From Pelomyxa schiedti (taxonomy: Eukaryota > Protista > Evosea), in NCBI GenBank assembly GCA_020536535.1, contig JAHLWZ010000811.1, forward strand, positions 1-64,000: a stretch of 64,000 bases of DNA. Direction: 5' to 3'. The notes under the pieces are model-generated. The model saw only the letters and a program-made list of their open reading frames with translations, was not told the DNA's origin and searched no databases. Within the stretch, counting starts at the first letter, position 1. Each line of letters begins with the position of its first letter. The position numbers and the translations under genes are program-made. Below, piece after piece: positions 11,435-22,200 of this stretch.

Positions 11435-14400
11435 CTAGATGAACTTTCCCACCCACCCAGGATTGAAATCATCCCGTAATTTCAAAAATACAAGCAACTC
11501 CTGCAAAGAACTGTGAGAAAAGGATACGATACTACGAGTACAAACAAATTACCTGTTTTTGCATGAGCTTCAGATAAGAGGACTCTTCAATGACGGCATG
11601 GATGGCACCCGGTGATAGGAGAAGCAATTTTACAAGTTCAAGAAGAATTGCAAAGCGGCTGGAAACAGAAGGTAATTCAAACAATTCCACAAGGTCACGG
11701 ATTTGGACCAAGTCACTAGTTTTTGGTTGGTTTGGCATTAAGGTGAGGGGAAAAAGCTAAATGGAAGACTTACTTCATAAGGTTAATGCCACCAATTCCG
11801 GGGGTAACAGTTAATTTTTTCACGTGTTCAGTGATTTGTCTGAAAAGTGAAAGGTTAGGGTAAGTGACTTTTCAGAGAGGACGGACATACAGGTGTAATC
11901 TTTTCCCGAATTCCTCCAGGTATGATTCACGGTTTCGGCCATCCAAGGCTGTCAAGATCATTTTGTGTTGGCGAGCAACGAATTCTGCCAATTCCTGGAA
12001 CACCTAAAAGAATTTGAGTGGTTGGAAGTTGAAGGTAAACAAAACAGTGAATTACCTTGGAGCCAGCAACTGGCACTGGACTTTGCTCTACCACTTTATA
12101 TTCGGTTTTCTTTTGGTCTCCAAGAATTTTGGTAATCTTCTTCGTCGTGGCTTGTTTTTTGTTAGAGTTCGGTGGAGAAAGAGATGTTTGAGAAATACAG
12201 TCCAGGCAAGCCATTAACCCGGAAGATATCTTACTCTCAAGATCACCTAGAAGTGAATCCATCATCTCCATGCAAGAGCTATGTTCATTGACTGCAAGTG
12301 TAAGCAACGGCAACTACAGATAAGAATCAGCCTGAAAAAAAACTTGGTGGTTTCCGCACCACATGTTCGTGCATGTGCTTCATGAGAAGGACAACAGCTT
12401 GATTGATCTTTCCTACCATTCCCATGAAATTTGACTGTGAGGTTATGTTGTATGTGCCTGGAGAGAGAAGTGATCCAACTCTGTGCTTGGCGTTGGACTC
12501 AAAGGAACTTTGGGAAGAGAGAACCTTGAAATCGCATCAAACATGTACTCTTTACCAACTGCAGAAATCAACATTTCAAATAGTGCCTTCACGTTAGCAA
12601 ACCTTTGGTCACGTTACAGTTTGGTATCGTCACGTTAGGTACATACGAATCTGACTTACGAGAAAGAACAATTGCTCTCTGGCAGGCTTCTGCATTCATA
12701 TGTAAACACATGAGAATCACTTCAAGAGAAATGACAGATTCACAAGTTCTCTCATTCCATTTCTAGAAGTTACTAAGAATAGTAATTGGGTGAATCATTC
12801 CACAATACACTCGGGTTAACAGCTCTCAGCTTGATATAAGCACCTAGAGATTCCTGGTAAGCCACCTTGACAGAGTTCTGTTCACTTAGAAAATAACTAG
12901 AATTAATTTAGTGAAATTGTCATGTGTTTTGGCAATTTACGAATCGTGGTATTCTTGGAAAAGTGACTCAAAATTCGAAGTCAACTGGTCCCCAAGTTTG
13001 TAGGGTTCGAGTCCTTTCATCTTGGAAAGGGAAAACATGTGTCAAATAAAAGTAAATGTTAATACTCATACAAATAGGGATTGTGTCTCCACGAAAGCAT
13101 TTTTGAGTATGAACAGTCTTGTGTGCTCATCTTCACATTTTTTTAAAAGTAGCCCAAGAAATTGGTGAATCTTAAGATAAAAGGGAACATGTAAAAAAAA
13201 ACGAAAACGAGGAGTAAAAAGGGATTACACACTCTGAGGAAAAGGATTTTATGGACGAGGTTATTCATCACAAAAACTGGGTTAGGGAAGACTTGTGTAA
13301 TTGTATCCCATTCCAGTTGACAAGCTTTTAGCACTCGTTTGTAGAATTCGACTACACGGTGGTCGGTGAAATTGCGATTACTGTAGGGGAAAAAAACTGA
13401 GAGCTGGAGGGAAGGCTTTGTTTGAACTCACTCTAAGGGAGGCGTAGGAAGAGAAGCCAAGTCTCGGTCTTTCTGAATAACTTCTTGGCTTGTCAGCACT
13501 TCCTGGCAGCTAATGTATTTGGCAATGCAACTTTCCCCACCATTCAGCTCAAAAAGTAGGTGTGCTAACTCCTACTTGAGGAGTGAGCTATTGGAAATAG
13601 CTTGGTAAAACCTTCATTCTTGGAAAGTTGCGAGACCCAATTGCTGATGAAAATTTTGATAGCAAACGTTCTTCTACTCTTCGAAAATATGATTCAACTT
13701 TTGCCCTGCCCTGGAGCAAGTAAAGGGATTGTGAAATTGTGAATTCTAAAAAGGAATTCTGGATTACTTTGTCAGTCACAGATCCTCGTTCTTCTGTTGG
13801 TAGCTCTTGGCAGATAGCCATCAACTGTTTCAGCACATACACCAGCTTGTAACACTTAGCTCTACTTGAAATGAAACGAAATCTCTAACCTCAATGGGTG
13901 GGGTAAAATCTGGAGGTAGTTCATCCAGTTCCAACTTAGAAAAGAGTTCACTCGCTTCAGGAGGGTCTGCGCCCTCTGGTTCATTTTCGGCAGTAAAATT
14001 TAGCTCACAAAAGTACTGCAATAAATCAATGGCCTCTTGCGCCTTATTTTCTTGCTGATCAAGAAGCTCCAGCCTATCAGCTGCGATATAGCATGGCAAA
14101 TCAGGATGCATACTGAGAGAAAACTAAAATACCAATACGAACAGCTGTATTGCCTGCATGACTAATTCGTTGATCCAGGCCTTGATACTCTTCCACTCTG
14201 CTCTATAAGGCGATTATTTTGAGAAAAAGAGCAAGGTTAAAAAAAAAAAACACAAAAGCCTGCCTGAAAAATTTGGGATAAATCCTCCAAAGAAGCACAG
14301 TAGTTTCTATGATTTTGATTACACTGGGCCGTTTTGGCTGGAATGACGTCACGCTCAATTGCAATCATCTCCATCGTGAGCCACTTGACAGTATCGCCAA

Positions 14401-14777
14401 GTGTATCAGCAATTGGTTTGGCATCATAAATCCCCTGATCCATTTGCAAGTGCACCATTTTGTGCAACGCACACTCCACGACGTCATCAACTTTGAACCT
14501 GGATGTCTAAATTGGCCCCCCCCACAATTTTGTGTGAGCGCCCAACCACACTCGACACTACAATCAAACAACGACAATAATAACAAGACAACAGATGGTG
14601 GTGACTACAGAGACGAGACAGTACTTGGTAACTCTCCTCAGTCTTTGCTATGCTCTTGGTGTCTGCCGCGTGCTTTTTGGACCCTTTGGTGCCCTTGGCC
14701 TTGGTCGCGGGCGCAGCAGCCGCAGTTGCTGGTGCTGCTGGGGTTGTGGTTGCGGTCGTTGCCGGTTTCCTACTCAT
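11435..14777 (-). CDS. EXOC5: Exocyst complex component Sec10
   Basis: Many short exons including AQEAIDLLQYF, EWDTITQVFPNP, C-terminal RFAILLELVKLLLLSPGAI and FLKLRDDF, matching Sec10 patterns. Ala/Lys-rich N-terminal extension from ATG 14777. Confidence 0.8.
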
Positions 14778-14969
14778 GGGTGTCGTTCGACACGAACAAA
14801 CGGAAAGGTGATTTCCTGGAAGTGGCAAACTGAAGACCTCCCAGGGGATCAACTCTGAGAGCACACCTCGAGGCCAGAGTCCCACTTAAAAACCCTGAGT
14901 GGGTCAGTCTGTTGTTGGTGTTCTCAGCAGATACCAAGAACAGTTGAAACTCCAATTTATTACGGCCAC

Positions 14970-17716
14970 ATGGGAGACGAGGCAGCGGAGGAGCGACAAG
15001 AAGTTAATGGTGATGTGGTGGCGGTTGGAGATCTAGCGGCAGATCCTAATGGCTCAAACATTGGTTCCGAGTTCCAGAGAGACGGCTTCGGCACCACAGA
15101 CGACTCAGTTCCTGAATCAGGCCAACAAATGAACGACTCATATTCGAGCGCGACTCAATCCGACGACCAAAATCAAGATCAATATCAGGATCAAGAACAG
15201 GAGCAATACAACGAGGATTTTGCGTGCAGTAGTGATTCCAGCGCTGGCCCCTGTGAGTTAGTCAACGCCGAGGAAAACGCCACTAGCCACGTGATTATGG
15301 GCGAGGGTGTTGCACAGTTTGGAACAAATGCAACTGCAACTGCGAATGCGAAGGCAAATCCTCAGGGAGGAGAAAGAGGGGGTTTTGGTGTGACCTTCAC
15401 ATACATGTTTTGGGTGTGCCTGGTGCTTTTAATTGCAATTGCAGCTGGAATAGCTGTTGTTGCGATCAGGAGCGGTAACGGTGAGTGATTGCAATGGTTC
15501 TATTGGGTCCTTACTTGGCAAGCAGATTTCGAAGTAGCTGTTTTAGCTCCTTGGTTCTTACTTGGCACACTCTTCGTGCTTGGGTTACTCTACACATACT
15601 GGGGGATTGGAGAGACCATTGATCAAGACATGTCTCTGTGCATTTCTGAACTCAGGTGAGCCGCGTGTTGATCGTCGTTCTTTCCCTGAAAGCCTTCTTC
15701 CTGCAGAGAAGGAATTGTTAGGGCTGACGAAGACTGCAAGGAGGCCGTTTCAGAAGCGATTAATGAATACTCCTGCGCCTCCAAAGCGCAAGGTGTAACT
15801 CCAGAGGAGCGACAACAGAAGCGACAGAGTTTCATTGATAATCTTCAGCACTCTGTTTATACCGTTGCTGGAGAGGTAGACAGCGATCCTGTCTTTATTA
15901 AAACCAACTTCAATAGGATATCAAATCTATGAGCAACGAGGTTTGTCGAACCCTCAAAATGTACCTTTGCCTTAGCTACGGCCTATCCTTTTGTGCCTTA
16001 TTTCCCGAACAGGTATATGGAACATCAAGTGCAAGCAAGCAGAGATTCCGTGTATGCCCCTCACCCCTTTTACCTCCCCCCACCTTCCCTCCAGCAAGAG
16101 TTTGGAAACTAAGATGGACAAAGAAGCTCACCAAATGTATACAGCTCACAACTCCTACATTCTAACTGTGAAAAGTCTGGAGGTGCAACAGAACCTATCT
16201 AAACAATGGGAAGACTTGCAAAGAAGGAATCAAAAGCAACTGTATACAGTAGATCAAAGTATCGAGACACTGATGAGAAGTCTTGATCAACTTAAACAGA
16301 GAATCAGTGAAAACAACACGCAAATTAAAGTAGACAGTGAAATTTCCACTCTTTATTAACGGTTATCCAGGCATCTATTCAAGACCAAGCGAATACTAGA
16401 ATTCAACTTACTGCTTGTTTGACAGAAACGGGTGCTGCCATTGCAAAACTCCCAGAACCTCGGCAATTTCAAGGGTTCGCACGTTTCTAATCGACTGGTT
16501 GACTAATCGACTAAAAAGCCTTGGAGAAACCTGCTTTACTAGACTCTCCTCCCAGCTTCAAGGATCAACCAAGGAGTCAGTTAACACTATCTTCCCTACT
16601 GCCCACTAAAGATTGAATAGGATTGGAGAATGTGTGTCAATGCAAACTTCATTAATGCAAAGGTTCACAGTTGATCAAGTTCCCGTTACAGTGGCAAAGT
16701 GGGCATTTTGTTTCAAGCTGGTACTTATTCTGTTCATTTAATCACTTTTCAGATTTGTCGAAGTTGTTCCTAAGATAGATGAAACATTCAATGAAGCACT
16801 AACGAAATCTGGACGGTAATTTCACTTCTCTTCCACATTCATAACGAACGCTGTTTAGCGAAACTCAAGTCACTCTCAAGAATGACATAGATGCCTTAAA
16901 GCGTGCTATTACATCAGCAGTTACTTCAAATCACACTGACGCCACTGCTAAAGCAGAGACAAGGTTTTCTTATTCTCAAGGCAAATTTCCAAATTAATTC
17001 ACAGTGCAGGAAAGACCAGCTAATTAATAGAATTACGGAGTTTGTAGTATTTTTCTATGTACGTTGTGTCTCACCCTTATAGGGAGACAAAAGAAAAGCT
17101 TCTTTTATTACAAAAAGACCTCCAAACCCTCGGGGCTTACTTCAATCAACTGTAAGTTTATCATTGCCTGAAGAAAAATTGGTAATTTGTGCAAATAAGG
17201 AACATACAATCGTTCAAGTACTTCAATGAAACCTACCCAGTGATCCATTCCCTAGCTACCAAAACAATTGATGATCTCAGGAAAGTAACCGCGGATATTG
17301 AGAGGTACCATTACTTTTCTTTTCTTCTCCGTCATAATATTACATAGAAGTACTTTTGCATACGAGCAAGCCTCTAAGCAAATTACACAACTCCATGCGA
17401 CTCTTGCCGGGGACATTAACGAAAAGCAAACTGACGTGGTTTGTCACCTCGACACTCTCATTGCACAGTATGCCGCTTCCTTCAAATTATCGACCTTGTG
17501 ACCAACACTTATTGCAACAGCTTTGGCCTCGGAACCCAAGCCCCGACACAGACTCCACCTTCGACTTCTTTGGCATTTGGTTCACCACCCGACTCTAGCC
17601 AACCCGCTCCCAATCCAAATAGAACTAGCGCAATCACAACAACTGTGCCTGACTATTCTTCCCCTGCTATCGGCACACCCACCCCACCACAAACACCCAC
17701 TACTCTCAGACTGTAG
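14970..17716 (+). CDS. Hypothetical membrane-anchored coiled-coil protein (multi-exon, structure approximate)
   Basis: Acidic N-terminus, one TM segment (FWVCLVLLIAIAAGIAVVAI), downstream heptad-rich exons (LSKQWEDLQRRNQKQL...) and a Pro/Thr-rich last exon ending at 17716. Confidence 0.5.
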
Positions 17717-18107
17717 GAAGCTACCACATGCACTCCCTTTCAGCCGTGAAAAAAAAAAAAAAACGGGACTTTGAGTCCTCCAACCTTTTGAGGGTGGACA
17801 AGCCAAGCTTAGAATTTGCCTTGTAATGTCAAAGCCTGGATTTCTAAATTTCTATCCTCTCCTGTCGCCCCTGTTGGAGCTTAACCATCACTCGGCTTGT
17901 TCATCACTTGGGGGGAATGAGAAAGAAAGAGAATCGTCCTAGGACGCTAGAGCACAGAAAGAGAGTCTGATGGAAGGAGATTTGGTTCCAGAAAAGTGGA
18001 GAAGGAAAGACGCACCGCCAGAGATGATCCGCCGCCCCGCCCCTTTAAGTGCCCAAATTAAAAAAACGCACACAACAAACAACTCAAGACAAACCAAAAA
18101 AAAGAAA

Positions 18108-18807
18108 ATGCCGAATTGTTGCACCAGAACGTTCAATAAGTACCCTGGATGGGCTGGGTGGGCTCGTGTGTCAATACTGTCGTGTCTGTTTGTGAGCACT
18201 ATTCCCATGACTGCTTTCTACTGCATGGACAGAAGCATAAGACAGTCGAACAGCTCGGGGAAAGAGAGGTGCGTGGTCTTCACTGCCGAGGTGGCTTCTC
18301 AGTATATCACAACCAAGTGCGGTGCCGACAGTGATTCAGGCTCCTGCTGTGCATACCAGTGTTCATGCACAATCGGCACCGTGTGCATTCATTTTCTTTC
18401 TTTCTTTGCTAACCGTTTCCAACAACTAACGCGTCTACTGTAAACAGGTCACTGGCAGGTCGATACAGGCACAAGAAATTGTTGTCTCCAGACCCATCCT
18501 GTCGGTCGACTTCCCTGAGTGCGGGATCCCTGAAGAACTGTTGTGTGGTCCAGTTGAGTGCAGTGATTCTTTGAGTGGATTGGAAGTTGGTGATACCTGG
18601 GACTGCTGGGTGAGCAACGAAGACTTGATAAGCACCACAGCGTTTATGTCTCCTTGGGTATGGGCATGCTTAGCTCTTGGGATTCTGTCTAGTGTTCTTG
18701 TCCTCCTCCTTGCCGCTTTTTTTGCCTTCACACTGATTGTTCCTTTTGTGGAGGATAGGTTCCCTGCAATGGGGGAACTGCTGAATAATATGCACAATTA
18801 TATTTAG
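18108..18807 (+). CDS. Two-TM protein with a Cys-rich extracellular loop
   Basis: ATG 18108 after an A-rich leader. TM1, a Cys-rich loop (KCGADSDSGSCCAYQCSC...CGPVECS...WDCWV) joined by one GT-AG intron, TM2, stop at 18807. Confidence 0.7.
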
Positions 18808-18858
18808 ATGACCACCATATCCAGTCTTGAGAATGTTGATTCTCAGGAAATATAATAT

Positions 18859-19053
18859 TATTTGGGACTCACACTTTTTTGCATCAACGGGGCACCAGTA
18901 CCTTTTCTGTGCCCTGTGAAGGGAAAATTCTGAAATGTCTGGACCACATCTGGACCAGGCACACTCTACCGTTTCGTGGTCTTTCCAGCCTCTGAGGAGC
19001 ATCACATAGCAAGATCCAAAGACCCAAAAAATAAAAAGTGTGAGTCCCAAATA
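18859..19053. mobile_element. Putative MITE-like element: 21-bp perfect inverted repeat including a possible TA target-site duplication
   Basis: TATTTGGGACTCACACTTTTT at 18859-18879 and its exact reverse complement at 19033-19053. The outer TA dinucleotides could be a TSD. No transposase. Confidence 0.45.
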
Positions 19054-19269
19054 TAAATATGGTTTTGTTTTCGTTCTTCGGAATGTACTTGATTTTGGGG
19101 TTTGGATATGTTCCAAATTAGGTTAGGAACCTCGGGGCCTGGATTACGTCCAGCAGCAGGGAACTCGGTCCACGTGCAGCGTTCTCATTCACACGAACAC
19201 TTATTTTTTTTATTACGGAACAAAACTTTACACTTAGTACCACAAACCAAGGGGTTCAGGGGATTTGTA

Positions 19270-22200
19270 TTACGAGTGATGTCGGTTCGTTGGGGGGCGC
19301 CTGTTGGCCGGCCCCTTGGGTCTTGTTGCCATTGTGGGTTTGGAATCATTTGGGACTGATGTGGAATGTTGCGGCGGACTATCTACGGTATCAGTGATGT
19401 GGGAATCGGTCTCGGCGTCTTCGGCGGGAGGTTGCGGAGGCTCCGCGGCAGCCGAGGTGGCTTTGGCTTTCTTGATTTGGCTTAGTGAGGGAGATCTGCT
19501 GCCGGGTAACATTCTGGTGGGGTCAAGGTTGAGCTTGATCTGAAGCTTTCCCGGAGCCGGCTTGGCAACTGGTTCTTGCTGCTGTGGTTCGTCCTCGGGT
19601 GCAGAGGGGGGAGCTGGTTGTGTTTCTTTCTTGAGTTGCCGCATTGGGGGTGCCATGCCGGGCCTCATCTTGGTGGGATCCAAGCCGAGCGGAAGCTTCA
19701 ACTTTCCAGGCATTGGTTTGGCTGGGGGTGGTTGTGTGTCTCCCTCGGCTGAAGGGGAAGAAGTAGACTGTGTTTCTTTCTTGAGTTGCTGCATTGGGGG
19801 TACCATGCCGGGTATCATTTTGGTAGGATCCAAGCCAACTGGGAGCTTCAACTTTCCAGGCATTGGTTTGCTTACGGATTGCGGCGGTGAAGGCAATTCC
19901 CCTGTAAGGGAGAGTGGCTCAGATGCTTGTTGACTTTCAGTTGGTTCAATACCACTACTGGGGTTTGTAATTACTGGGACCTTGGGAGACTCCACAGGGG
20001 TGTTGTCTTTTTCAGGGATTAGATTCTGTTCTACCTCAGGTGCTGGCACAGATTCTTGTTCAGGCATGTCTTCTGCTTTTGGTACCTCTTCCTTTGTTGG
20101 TACTTGCTCAGCTTCTGGTTCTATTTTTTGATCTGATATCGGTACTGGATCTACATTTGGGCCTAACTGCTCCGTTTGTGACGGGAGAGATTTTAGTTCT
20201 AACTCAGACGGTGCGATCGTTATTTCTGGTTCAGTTTGTAGCTTTTGATTTACTTCCATATTTACTTCTAGCTCCTCATGTTCATGAGTTTCTTCTGATA
20301 TTGACTTAGCTTCTACAACCTCATTGGGTGCAGCCGTGTTGGGCGCAGGTTGTTCTTTTTCAATGTCGGGAGGGTTTACAGACTGTGATTCCAATGAGGA
20401 TACTGGTGATTCAGGTGTTTGTGGGGAAATTGATATAGTTTCAGCTTCCTGGTGCAGGAGTGTGGGGTCCTCGGCTGGTTGTAGGGGCGGTAGCACCTCT
20501 GCCAGAGGCTCTGAGTGCAATTCGGGCACTTGTTGGCTTTGCAAGTTGGGTTGTGCTTCTTCAGTTGGTTTTAATTCTGTTTCTGTAGCTTGTTCTATTT
20601 CTCCCACTGGTGTTAGTTCTAAGGGTTTTTCTCCTGCAAAATCTACAAGTTGGTTCGGGAGTTCTTCCTTTGGTTTTTGTTCCGTTTGCAAGGCTACTTC
20701 TTTGTCGGGGGTCAAAACTTTTACTGGCTCTGGTGGAACTTCGGGTTCATCTTCCGACCTTCTTCTGTCCACTTCATCGAGGTTTCCTAATTCGGGTTGT
20801 ACTTGTTCTGGTGTTGGTTGTGGGCTGGCCCCTGATTCTGGTGAATGTTCTCGGATTTCTGTAGGTGTTGTTTGTCCCTCTACTATACAGGCCGATCCCT
20901 GCGCACTATCACTTCCCAGTTCTGTGGAGTGTGGTTCTGGCTCCATTGTACCGCCTTCTATTGTTTGTTGTGGTGCAGGGCTTAGATCATCTGTATCTTG
21001 TGAGTCTAGTTTTTGCTCTTTGGGTTCTGTATAGCGGTCGGCCATATCCACTGGTGAGTTTTCTCCCACTTGGGTTGCAGATTTAGTTTCTGGTTCTGGG
21101 GCTATCAATTCATTTGTTTCTGTGTCTTTCAGTTGTATCTCTGGTGGAATATTTAGTTCTAATGGAAGTACTTCCGGTACATTCGGCACCACTTCGACAT
21201 TGCGTTCAAGCTTTGTTTCCACTGGGTTTTCTTCCTTCGGTTCTTGGTGATTGGGACTTACAGTAATATCTTCACTGGAGGTGGATGGTTGGTGAAGTAC
21301 ATCAGCAATGGGTTCACACAGTCGCTTCTCTCTGCTATCAGAAAAACCTTGTTCCTCTTCACTATTGCGTGGAGGCTCTGCCCCAAGTTCGTGTAAGGTC
21401 TCTTGTGTAGGGTCAAAATCAGCATTGGGTGGCTCATGCACTTGCGCAGACTCAGTTTCGTGACTTGCAATCTGTGTTGCTCCAATATTTTTTTCAGCTT
21501 CTAATATTGCTGTTTCTTCACTTGATGGCTGGGATTCTGGTACTAACTCCCCTACTGGATTTGGTGCTGGCACAGGAACCGGTTCGGTTTCTGGTTCTAG
21601 CACTGGTACAGGTACAGGAACTGTTTCCGAAATTATTTCCTGCTTTTGTTTATTGTCTGCCACCGGATCAAATACTGGTTCTTGTTTGGGGTTAAGGGAA
21701 TCTAGAGGAGTCTCTGGTTTAAACTGAATTTCTGGCTCAGGAGTGGTAGGGGTTAAATCGCAGGTCAGTTCTGGAACGGGTTTTCGTTCCTCTTCCAGTG
21801 TGTCTTCCAATTTGATTTCGGGTTCTGACACGGGTTTAAAGTCAGACTCCACAAACTCGTCCTCTGCTGGTTCTGGAGGTGGGCCCTCTTGCCCAGGCTG
21901 CTGTACTGAGTCTTGGTTTACGCACTCCTGGTCTGTTTTCTGGACAAATTCGCCGGGAGTTTCATTTTTTTGTTCTATGACTTCTGGTTCGAGTTTAAAG
22001 GTAGTTTCTGGTTCCAGTACCTGGAGTGGCTCCTGTGTTTGAGATTTAACTGCAGACTCTGTTATCTCCGTTAGTTTGTCACCCACTGCTCGTTCTGGTT
22101 CTGGTTCTGGTTTCTGAGCAGTTGAAAGTGCGGAGTTTAGGTCCGATCCCAGCTTCAGATCCTCATTGCCCAGGAGCACCAAGTTGACTTCCTGGAGACT

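Noticed and set aside
13004-13014. GGTTCGAGTCC, resembling a tRNA T-loop/B-box
   Set aside because: No acceptor, D or anticodon arms can be folded around it, and it lies inside a Sec10 coding exon on the minus strand (MKGLEPYKLGDQ).
18670-19188. Minus-strand ORF / possible small type II membrane protein
   Set aside because: It overlaps the 3' end of the plus-strand 2TM gene and spans the inverted-repeat element, with no recognisable domain. Not excluded, but unsupported.
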